Below, piece after piece: positions 50,680 to 60,400 of a stretch of 64,000 nucleotides of DNA. The notes beneath the pieces were generated by a model. That model did no database searches. It was not told where the DNA came from and saw only the letters and a list, made by a program, of their open reading frames with translations. The translations under genes were made by a program, and so were the position numbers. Each line of letters starts with the position of its first letter. Position 1 is the first letter of the stretch. The DNA is from an uncultured archaeon (GTDB lineage Archaea; Asgardarchaeota; Lokiarchaeia; Sigyniarchaeales; SOKP01), in NCBI GenBank assembly GCA_964486045.1, contig CAZALK010000006.1:1-64000 (forward strand), written 5' to 3'.

Positions 50680-52260
50680 TCATTTCTTCTTTGCAGTGAG
50701 AATATGTTTCTTGAACTCTTCGTTCTGTAAGGTCTGGCAGCAACCCTTGTATGAATACTCAAGATGTATGTCTGGTTCGGAGACAGGAACCCCTAAAATT
50801 TCCCTTTTTGTGAATTCGCTTAAAATAAATGCTTTATATTCATCATTTTGCTCTAAACTTATCATAGACTGCGCAACTTCTTGATATGTGGCATTCATAT
50901 GTTTATTCAAAAATAAAGCATTAATAATTAGCAATGCCATATGGTACCCCACCCGATAAAGTGTCTCAGCAGGGTCGTATCTATCAAGATTTAAATGACT
51001 ATCAAACATGTCAGCAAGAATATCATATACCGCTCCAGTGAATACTTGTGAAATCTCATGAACTTCGGTTGAAACTTGACTCATTTTAAGATCATTATCT
51101 GCATTTCGTAGTCCAGTAGATTTCCCAAATAAAGCTTCACCAAATTGTTCACCCATAATAGGAAAGAAGGTTTTATTATGGAGATCGGCCTTTGATTCGG
51201 CAACAATTGCATCACATATATCGAACTGAGCCAATAACATGAATATTGAAGTAAGATCCCCAAAGGATTCGTGTAACCCACCGGTCTCAGGATGCCAACT
51301 AATCAAAAATTCGGGGCATAAGGCATCAAGGAAAGCATGTCCAGTCTCATGGGCTACAATATCGAAAGAACGGCAAGTATAAACTAAAGGTTTTGATTGA
51401 TCGTCGTTCGGATGAAAATAAAAAAATTTTAAAGCTTGCTCGTCTCTACTATAGTATGCATTAGCTCCATATTCCGCATATGGGTACACGTTAATCTGAT
51501 CTTTGCCCCATTGCCACTGAAAACCAGAATACCGATCATTTTGTTTTAAAAGCGCCCTATTATACATAGTGATCACTTGTCGAATCACAGTAAATGTGTG
51601 AACGGCATCAAACTTCTTTGGGTTTTTCTTATGGTCGTATAAAAAATCATTTTTATTGTCTGACTTAGCAATCGGTAAACCGACTATATTAATGTCACCA
51701 TCTTTTGGGCCATCTTGAATTAAGGTGTGTAAATAAGTTAGGGTTGGAGATGAAACAGTCGGGTCTTGCTCCCAAACTCTTACTTTTGAGCCCATGGTGT
51801 TTTTTTTTTCATTTGGTATTTCAATAGGATCTCCCGGACCGTTTCCATCGTTTTTAGCTTCTGAGACCCAATCCGTCACTTCCTTAAAAGATGGTACCTT
51901 AGTAAGTAGATCTGGTTGTTCCTTTTTCAATGTGACAATTTTATCTAAAAGAGTTTTTGGATTTCTCCGTGCTAGTTGTTTGACAGAGTTAACTCCGGAT
52001 AAATTTATAATGTTTGCATATTCTGGAGTAATACCTTTTATTCGCATTAAATCGGCATGTTCTTGCCATGTGTCAATTAGTTTTGCGGATATTCCTGTTT
52101 TTTTAGCTAATTTTTTTATATCATAACTAGAAAGTGGCAGTAGATCCTTAACAGAATGAATTCCTTCTTTTTCTAATTTTTTTGCATGAACAATTTCAAG
52201 CCCAATTATTTCTATTAATTTCATACTTTTTTTCACCAATTTTTTGATTAATAACAACAT
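50680..52260 (-). CDS. DUF4332-like domain fused to an M4/M36-like zinc metallopeptidase
   Basis: WQEHADLMRIKGI...GVNSVKQLARRNP; NAYYSR, DIVAHETGH, GLHESFGD, EVH. Confidence 0.85.
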   Translation of the reverse strand: MLLLIKKLVKKSMKLIEIIGLEIVHAKKLEKEGIHSVKDLLPLSSYDIKKLAKKTGISAKLIDTWQEHADLMRIKGITPEYANIINLSGVNSVKQLARRNPKTLLDKIVTLKKEQPDLLTKVPSFKEVTDWVSEAKNDGNGPGDPIEIPNEKKNTMGSKVRVWEQDPTVSSPTLTYLHTLIQDGPKDGDINIVGLPIAKSDNKNDFLYDHKKNPKKFDAVHTFTVIRQVITMYNRALLKQNDRYSGFQWQWGKDQINVYPYAEYGANAYYSRDEQALKFFYFHPNDDQSKPLVYTCRSFDIVAHETGHAFLDALCPEFLISWHPETGGLHESFGDLTSIFMLLAQFDICDAIVAESKADLHNKTFFPIMGEQFGEALFGKSTGLRNADNDLKMSQVSTEVHEISQVFTGAVYDILADMFDSHLNLDRYDPAETLYRVGYHMALLIINALFLNKHMNATYQEVAQSMISLEQNDEYKAFILSEFTKREILGVPVSEPDIHLEYSYKGCCQTLQNEEFKKHILTAKKK

Positions 52261-52617
52261 AGAAATAGATTTTTTTAAAGTTTCTCACAATATTCAGATA
52301 AAAACACAATTAATGTCAATTCTTGAATTCTCTTTTGAAGGCAAATTACCTTTAATAATACAGAGAAATAGGATAATGTAACCAGATTTAATTAACCATA
52401 CCCTCTAGGTATCGCAAAATACATCTTTACAGCATTTATTTGTGTTTTTTACCTTTTACTAACTCAAGGTATATTTTTACATCCTCACCTTTCCATCATT
52501 TATTATTTAATACAGAAATGATTTATCGTGAGAGTTATTATTTTAATTCATAAAAAATAATTCAATAATCATCACTCTTTATTTTTAGAGAAAAAAATAA
52601 ATTTAATATATAAAACC

Positions 52618-53424
52618 TTGGTTGCGAACAAATTCTGGGATGTTGTTAGAAATTTTAATAGCTTAATGAACTCAGCAATAGAAGGTCCAGATTGTTTGAA
52701 TATTTGTCATGGGGATTGCTGTTCAATAAAGATTGACATTCCTAAACTATTAGCCGAAGAATACATACGAAAAGGATATGCATATAAAACTGATTTCATC
52801 AGAAGTAATGTTTTTAGCTTTAAATTAAGATTCGATGAGAAAAAAGCAAAATGTTTTTTATATGATAAAAACATTAATGGATGCCTTGTTCATAATTCTG
52901 GAATAAAACCTCCTCAATGCTGGATTTACCCTACAAACTTTTCAAATCCTAAAAATGTGAGAATAAGTTGTAAAAGAGCAAATGGCTGGAAAATTCTAGA
53001 TTCAAAGAAAACTAAGAAGGCTGAGGATTTATTACAATATTATGTCTTTTTGTGTAAACTTGAAGCAAAGAGTGAATTAGGATCTATTAAAAAAAGAATC
53101 TCCAGCAGTATTTTAGGAAAAGATTTGAAAAATTTAATGAAAAAAACATCTCCACACTTAATTGCTGGTTTTAAAGATACATGGGATAATATTACAATCC
53201 TTTCTGCTGAGGGGATTTCTCTGCAAATGACACAATTTTGTAAAAAAAACGATGTAGAATGTGAATTTTTGGAGTGTACGTCTGTATGCGATATGGTTTT
53301 CACCGAAGTCATCAAATATTTACAACAAAACTTAACTGACTACGTAATAAATTCTGATCTTGGTCCTGATGGTGATGGAGAGTATCCAATCATTAAACTA
53401 AAAGAAGTAGAAAAAGAGAAATAA
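52618..53424 (+). CDS. YkgJ-like Cys-cluster protein
   Basis: CLNICHGDCC, CFLYD, CLVH...KPPQCWIYP. Confidence 0.75.
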   Translation: MVANKFWDVVRNFNSLMNSAIEGPDCLNICHGDCCSIKIDIPKLLAEEYIRKGYAYKTDFIRSNVFSFKLRFDEKKAKCFLYDKNINGCLVHNSGIKPPQCWIYPTNFSNPKNVRISCKRANGWKILDSKKTKKAEDLLQYYVFLCKLEAKSELGSIKKRISSSILGKDLKNLMKKTSPHLIAGFKDTWDNITILSAEGISLQMTQFCKKNDVECEFLECTSVCDMVFTEVIKYLQQNLTDYVINSDLGPDGDGEYPIIKLKEVEKEK

Positions 53425-53534
53425 AAAAGAAAAAGGAAGTATTTTCTGGATAATACTTATTTTTAAGTAATATTATTGAAATAACATTTACATAACACAG
53501 AAAGAATATTAAAATTTAACAATAGTGAATGTAG

Positions 53535-53903
53535 ATGACATTTTTTGATAAGAATTTAACGGAATTAGCTAAAATTGTATTTTCCGAGAAGTATGAATTT
53601 GTTAAAGGTCCAGTGCAGTTTAAAGGGAAATCTGGAAAATCTTGGTCTTTTGATGCTATTGTAAAAAACAAACTGAATACTTTTGGGGTGTTTATAAGAG
53701 ATTGGAAAAGAGAGATTTCAATCACTCAATTACGCCAATTACATAAAGCATGTCTGGATACAAATATCCAAGGAGGCATAATGGTTTGTAACATCACAAC
53801 TGATTTTTCTCGCGATTATAGTTCTCAATTTGGAATTCAATTGCTTTCCAGAGGTCATTTAATTTCAACGTTAAAAAGAAGGCAATATCAAAACAATTTT
53901 TAA
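53535..53903 (+). CDS. Mrr-like restriction-endonuclease-fold protein, possibly inactive
   Basis: GKSG.SWSFDAIV...FIRDWKREI...GGIMV...FGIQLL. Confidence 0.7.
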   Translation: MTFFDKNLTELAKIVFSEKYEFVKGPVQFKGKSGKSWSFDAIVKNKLNTFGVFIRDWKREISITQLRQLHKACLDTNIQGGIMVCNITTDFSRDYSSQFGIQLLSRGHLISTLKRRQYQNNF

Positions 53904-54119
53904 AGAACTGTTAGTTTATCTTCAAATCTATATTATTAGGTTTATTTAATCTGGGACATTGTCTTATTTTCCCTTCTTCATTTTACTTAAGAGAGAATTT
54001 TAACTACTAAACTACTTATTTTTAGGGATTTTCCAATCCTAACCATAAAAATTTTAAAAATTTATATGTATTGATTAAAATTATATAATTATAGAAAAAG
54101 AAATTCAAATGATAGAATA

Positions 54120-54413
54120 TTGATAATTGTATATCAATTCAATAATGATTTGGGAGAATTTGAAGGGATAAATATAGAAGAAAACATCCCGTTGTTCGAA
54201 TTGTTAGATTCGGATAAAATGTTGCTTTTTATAGATAAAACTAATAAAAAAGTGTGGTTATGGGAGGGTAAAAATACTTCTACTCGAATGAAGTTTATTT
54301 CTGCTCAAGAAGCACCTAAAATTCGAGATAAACATGATATGACTTTTACAATTAGTTCTGTAGATGATGGTGATGAAACAGTAGCTTTCAAAATAATAGT
54401 TGGTCTTTTATAA
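54120..54413 (+). CDS. Single gelsolin-like domain protein
   Basis: LLDSDKMLLFID...VWLWEGKNTSTRMKF...VDDGDE. Confidence 0.8.
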   Translation: MIIVYQFNNDLGEFEGINIEENIPLFELLDSDKMLLFIDKTNKKVWLWEGKNTSTRMKFISAQEAPKIRDKHDMTFTISSVDDGDETVAFKIIVGLL

Positions 54414-54556
54414 TTTAAGTCTACATTATCGGTTAATATAAATATATTTATGTCATAAGAAAGTAAATTTTCTAAAAATTTTTTCTAATTATTTTCATTA
54501 TATTCAATGTTAATTTATAGATTTATTTTAGAGAACAAACTATTTGGTATGAAACC

Positions 54557-56713
54557 TTGAATGAAAGAAAAAAGGATTCTGAAGAGGAATATGTATTCGA
54601 ATTTTATGATGAAGAATACAACAATACTTTAGAAGAAGAAGTTCCAGCTGCTCTAGAAGATTACAATGAAATAAACTTTAGTGAAGATTTAAATAAAGAA
54701 CAGCTTGAAATAATTGATAATATTAGAGGGCCAATGTTAGTTATTGCTGGTGCAGGAAGCGGAAAAACAAGGACAATTACTTTTTCAGTAGCAAAACTCT
54801 TGTTATCTCAGGTTAAACCAAGTGAAATTATGCTCGTAACATTTACTAATAAAGCAGCTAATGAAATGATCAAAAGGGTGGAAAATCTTTTAGGTAAGCG
54901 TCCAAAAGGTATTTGGGCCGGGACATTTCATTCAATTGCCAATCGTTTTATTCGAAGATATGCAAAAATCCTAGGTTTGAAAACAAATTATACTATAATG
55001 GATGAAACCGATTCAAGAGCTTTAATGAAGCTTTCAATTGAAAGAGCTAATGTAAAAGAAATCGAAGAACGCTTTCCTAATGCTAGAATGACCAAAGCAA
55101 TCTTATCCTTTTCAATAAATTGTCATAAATCGATTCGAGAAATCATTCTTTGGAAATACTCTCAATTTAACAGTGAAAATGTGTTAAAGAAATTAGAAGA
55201 AGTTCACAAGATTTATGGAGAGAAAAAAGCTAAAGATAATTTAGTTGACTTTGATGACTTATTAATTTATTGGAACCGTTTATTAGATGAGAGATCAGTT
55301 GCTCAGTTAATAGCAAGGAATATAAAATATGTACTTGTTGATGAATATCAAGATACAAATTATATCCAAGATGAAATTATATATAAGATTGTAAAACAAA
55401 ACCCAGATCATAATGTCATTGCGGTAGGAGATGACGCTCAGAGTATATATGCATTTCGTGGTGCGAATTTTCAAAACATCCTGAATTTTGAAAAAAGATA
55501 TCAGCATTGTAAGAAATATACAATAACTTATAATTATAGAAGCGTTCCACAAGTTCTAGGTCTAGCCAATAACTCGATCCAACATAATGTGAAGCAATTC
55601 AAAAAAACTATGCAAACAACTCGTCCTAGTGGGATATTACCATATCAAGTTAATGTTGGAGACGATAAAGACCAAGCCAATTTTATTGCAAACCAAATTT
55701 TGAAATTACGTTCAGAAGGATATGACTTAGAAGATATGGCAGTTCTTGTTCGGGCAGGATTTCATTCACTACGAATTGAACTTGAATTAAGAGCTAAAAA
55801 TATACCCTACGAAGTACGAGCAGGGGTGGCATTTTTTGAAAAGGCACATATTAAGGATATGATTGCTCATTTACGTATTATAGAAAACCCTTATGATGAA
55901 ATTTCATGGTCTCGAATTTTCACTATAATTCAAGGTATAGGAACCTCATCGGGAACAAAAATATTTGAAGAAATTTCCAGAGTTGAAAATCCAATAGATC
56001 TATTAATAAATAAGCTGTTCTATGCAGAAAAATTAAAAGGATCTAGGATCTCAAAGGAAGGCATAAAAAATACAATATCCTATGCAAAGAAGTTGGTAGG
56101 GTTTAACCCAAACGATATCCCCTCTGAGACCATAAAAAAACTTATGAAAGTGTTGGAGGATCATATCAAGTCAAAATATGATAACTGTCAGGATAGAATT
56201 GATGATCTTAATCAATTAAGTATATTTGCTGGTAATTTTCAAACTATTCGTAAGCTGCTTGAAAATCTGAGTTTAAATAAATCCAATTTAGAATCGAAAA
56301 CTGTTTTAATGGGTAGTCAACAAGATGAAGAAAAACCTATGATCCTATCTACTATTCACCGCGCAAAAGGTCTTGAATGGAGAGTTGTTTTTATCCCGAT
56401 GCTATGTGAAGATTTCTTTCCTTCTTCAAGAGTTAAAGGGGATTCTGAAGGAATTGAGGAAGAACGTCGTGTATTCTATGTAGCCGTAACCAGAACTAAA
56501 GATCAACTCTATTTGATATCTCCCTCTTTAATTCAAGGATCTAGAGGATATCAGACTATGCGAATTTCCCCTTTTATTACAGAATTGAATCCAAAAGTCT
56601 ATAAGAAGTCATCAGTACAGATTAGATCCAAGACAAGAGATATGATAAAGGGGTCAAGTAAGCATCAAAAATCTCTATTTCAAACAGCTGATGAATTATT
56701 AAAAGAGGATTAA
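54557..56713 (+). CDS. uvrD: UvrD/PcrA family SF1A DNA helicase
   Basis: AGAGSGKT, TFTNKAA, GTFHS, VDEYQD, VGDDAQSIYAFRGA, NYRS, STIHRAKGLE, EERRVFYVAVTR. Confidence 0.95.
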   Translation: MNERKKDSEEEYVFEFYDEEYNNTLEEEVPAALEDYNEINFSEDLNKEQLEIIDNIRGPMLVIAGAGSGKTRTITFSVAKLLLSQVKPSEIMLVTFTNKAANEMIKRVENLLGKRPKGIWAGTFHSIANRFIRRYAKILGLKTNYTIMDETDSRALMKLSIERANVKEIEERFPNARMTKAILSFSINCHKSIREIILWKYSQFNSENVLKKLEEVHKIYGEKKAKDNLVDFDDLLIYWNRLLDERSVAQLIARNIKYVLVDEYQDTNYIQDEIIYKIVKQNPDHNVIAVGDDAQSIYAFRGANFQNILNFEKRYQHCKKYTITYNYRSVPQVLGLANNSIQHNVKQFKKTMQTTRPSGILPYQVNVGDDKDQANFIANQILKLRSEGYDLEDMAVLVRAGFHSLRIELELRAKNIPYEVRAGVAFFEKAHIKDMIAHLRIIENPYDEISWSRIFTIIQGIGTSSGTKIFEEISRVENPIDLLINKLFYAEKLKGSRISKEGIKNTISYAKKLVGFNPNDIPSETIKKLMKVLEDHIKSKYDNCQDRIDDLNQLSIFAGNFQTIRKLLENLSLNKSNLESKTVLMGSQQDEEKPMILSTIHRAKGLEWRVVFIPMLCEDFFPSSRVKGDSEGIEEERRVFYVAVTRTKDQLYLISPSLIQGSRGYQTMRISPFITELNPKVYKKSSVQIRSKTRDMIKGSSKHQKSLFQTADELLKED

Positions 56714-56866
56714 CTAAAAGACTTATGAAGTTAAGATGGTTATTCAATTCAATATTAAGATTCATGTTAATTTTGCCATAACACAAATTATAAAAATCCT
56801 TAATGAGATATTTCGAGGCGGTTATTTCCCAATTTTTAATTAAGTTTTTTCACTTCGGTTTATGAC

Positions 56867-57067
56867 CTACATACCATTCTTCTCTCGAATTTCATTCTCA
56901 GAATATTTAATATCGCAAGATTTGCAATAATAGTCCCAATCTGTATTAGCTTTCAGTAAATTTCCACAATTAGGACATTGAATATAAATTTTGAAGTATT
57001 TGAAGTTTAAATTTAAAGAATCAATACGCTTTTTATTAGTGTTTATGTTGTTTGATTTAATACCCAT
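56867..57067 (-). CDS. Small CPxCG zinc-finger protein
   Basis: CPNCG...YYCKSC. Confidence 0.65.
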   Translation of the reverse strand: MGIKSNNINTNKKRIDSLNLNFKYFKIYIQCPNCGNLLKANTDWDYYCKSCDIKYSENEIREKNGM

Positions 57068-57403
57068 TTTTTATCAAATTCACCTTTTTTATTTTTTTTT
57101 TTTAGTTTAATTTTTTGATTGAATCATTCTTTTTTTCTAAATATTTAAAAGAAAATATTACTCAGATAGGAGGGGCCTCAGAAATGAAGAAATTTTTCAA
57201 AAAAATTTTGAATTGTTTTTTGTATCTTTATTTTAATTTTTTTTTAAAAGTAGAAAAAGTAAAAGGATCTTAAAACTTAAAATTAAATTAATAATCAGTC
57301 TGAGCCTTAAAATTTTAAATATTAAAAGACTATTTTAGATTTACAGAGGTTTATTTTATAATTCGGATAAAAGTTTCCAACTCAAAAGATAAAATTTGAA
57401 ACT

Positions 57404-60400
57404 ATGGGCAATAATAATTTTAATAAGCAACTTTTAACTCGATATACAGAATCGGAGTGTAAACGACAGTTGTTTTTGATCTTGGGGCAAGGTAGACCAG
57501 ATTTATGGTATAAGGATAATCGACCTATAGAGAGTATAAGACATAAACGCCTTCCAACTGATCTACTCGAACGTTTAGGTCAAATATTTGAGCAAAAAGT
57601 ATATTCCCATCTTATACGGTATAATGGAGCCAAATATAATGTTGAACAAAATGGTAAAGTAGGTGAAACCTATTTAAATCCACAAATATTTGAACAATTT
57701 TATGATGAATTAAAAAATGACACGAACTTAGAAGACCTAATGCTACTAGAATTTCAATATGAAACTCCAGAATATTTTGTCAAGAATATTTTCCCCCCCA
57801 AAAATAACTTGAATGAAATACCGGTTAATTATGGAGAACAAAGACCTGATATTATTATTATCGGAAATTCTTTTAATAAAAAAAAGAAAAAAGTGTTAGA
57901 ATTACTTTCTAATGGAACAATTCGAGAAGTACCAAAGAGTGAACAGGGTATTCGGTTTGGAATTTCAATTATTGATGTGAAAAATACTAGAGAAGACCAT
58001 ATTGGAAAAAAGCAATTTATTGAGATATTGTTCTATCTTTGGACTATGGCTTCTTATTTAATAGAAAAAAGTTTGAATGATAAGTTTTTTGTCCGTATGG
58101 ATTTTAATGGTATTTTTCCTCAATATAGTGAGGAAAATTTAAAAAAACTCCTTACTTTAGATGATCTTCTGGATTTAACAATTCAATTACATTGGGACCA
58201 GATCCATCAAGTTTTCCTTAATATTATTCAAAAAATTAAAAGACTATGGAAAAAAGCTCCTCTCCCTATAGAATCGATACCAGTAAATATCCAAGCATCT
58301 TGTGGATTTTGCTATTTTATTGAAGATTGTAAAAAAACGTTAGGAATAGATCGCGCGCCCTCAGATTGGTCATTACAATTAATTCCATATACATCATTCT
58401 CTATCTCTCAACAATTACTAGACTTAGGATTTGAAACTATTGGAGATGTTTTTACAAATATTGATTCAGTAACGGTTGGAAATACTCCTGAACCTCTTTA
58501 TGCGGAATTACCTCTATTGAAATTAAAAGCATTAGCTCTGATTAATAACCAAGTAGTGATCCCTCAACCAGGAGAGATACATACATATTCTATTCCAAGA
58601 TTTACAACTATTTCTATAACTTTCGCGGTAGAAAAAGATCCCTCAAATGAGAGAGTGTACGCAGCTGGATTCTATGTTGATATGATTGCTTCTGGAAAAA
58701 TCCCTTTTGGGGGTGTTTTCAATAACTGGTGGAAGATATGGAAAGATGCGCTTAAGTTTAACAAGGAACCTAAAGATATTCAAGCTGAATTAAATAAAAA
58801 TCTTATCAGATCTATACCTCTTGTAGTAGTTGAGCAGTTTTTATATCTTCTAAATAAACTAAAAACCATAATTATCTATTTGAAAGGAGATAAAACCACC
58901 GCTGGTACACCGAGAAAAAATACTGAAATAATATATCAATTTGCAATTATCAACAGATGCCATACTAATGAAGAAGAAATAAAGTTTACAAGGCATATTA
59001 TTAAACAGCTCTATTTGATATTTGAGTTATGTAATGTTGTAGAAAATTATGTAGTGACCGATGGATATAAAGCGGGAACTTATTATGGCCCTACAACTAG
59101 CCTATTTTATTGGTCCAAAAGGCAACTGGACAATTTTCAGTCTATGTTGGAGCGAAACCTTAATAGTATCATTGATGATATTGATGTATGGAGGAAATAT
59201 TTAGCAATTATCTCTTATTTTACACCATCAGACTCAGAAGTTGCTCATCCTTATCAACACAAAAAACTTTTCAATGTTCAAGATTTTGCTGAGACAATTC
59301 TTGGATTTCCAAGTATTATTAACTACACGTGGCATGAAATCGCTAAAATTACTCAGGGAACAAATAGCAGTAAAAAGTATTGGATACAGCATTTTAATTA
59401 CATGGATTTTAATAATTGGTATGTAATGCTTGTTGAAGATGATGATTCTAAGCAGAAAACTATCCGTTTAGAACTACGTAAACAAGTGATGCATAAAATC
59501 CGTACTATTAACAAACTACGAAAGGCTTTCCAAATAGAGAGTAGGTTTAATATATCGAAGAATGCGCATGTGATCAGTAAAGAACAAATTCGAAGAGCAG
59601 TTTTATCTTCTGAGTATCATTCAATCGCACAAGTCTGGTATCTCTTTTCAAAACTGACAGGCTCAATAGAGGAAATGGATAAAGAATATCTCCGTACTAT
59701 TTATCCCGAATTCAGTATTGCCAAATTGGTAGCAGCAAAAATTACTAATTTAGTAGTACAGAAAAGTGGAACCAAAGTTTATTATGAATTTCAAATGAAA
59801 GGACTTTCTAGTAATATGAAAGTTCGACCTAACGACAGAGTTTTACTTATTCCCAATGAAAAACGAGATATGAATGCTAATCGTAGAAACGAATCTTGGA
59901 AAGTAGCTATCGAAACTATGGAGTACTTGTCTCAAATCAATGGATATAATGTAAAGACTAAAGAAACAAATACTAATTTATTTGATTTAATCAAAAAGGA
60001 TAAAGAAATTTCTGAGAGTCCAGAAGATTTAGATTGGTATTTGTATCCCACATATATAGATGCATGGTCAAAGAAACTATACGGAGAAAAAGGATTACTA
60101 CAAAGACATAATATGGGGAGATCCTGGCTTGGCTCTCTGCTTTCCTATATGTGGAAAATCAGATCCAAACAAGAATTATTTTGGCCAGAAGAATGGACTT
60201 TTAGTGCGCCCTCAGTCTATTTATATGCACCAAATCTCCTTTTAAATATGGCAAGCAAAACTAAAGAAACCTATGATAAATTGCTAACTCAAATAGACCC
60301 TACTCCTGATCCTTCTCAAAAGAGAGCTATTCAGTTAGCTTTAGAAAAAGTTATTTCTGGTATACAAGGTCCTCCCGGTACTGGTAAATCTCAAACTATC

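Noticed and set aside
57080-57250. Long T/A tracts upstream of the nuclease-helicase as a phase-variable element
   Set aside because: Intergenic homopolymers are common throughout this AT-rich window, and there is no evidence of length variation
57404-58330. Calling the N-terminal domain a CRISPR Cas4
   Set aside because: The fold is shared, but it is fused to a helicase and no cas genes or array are present in the window
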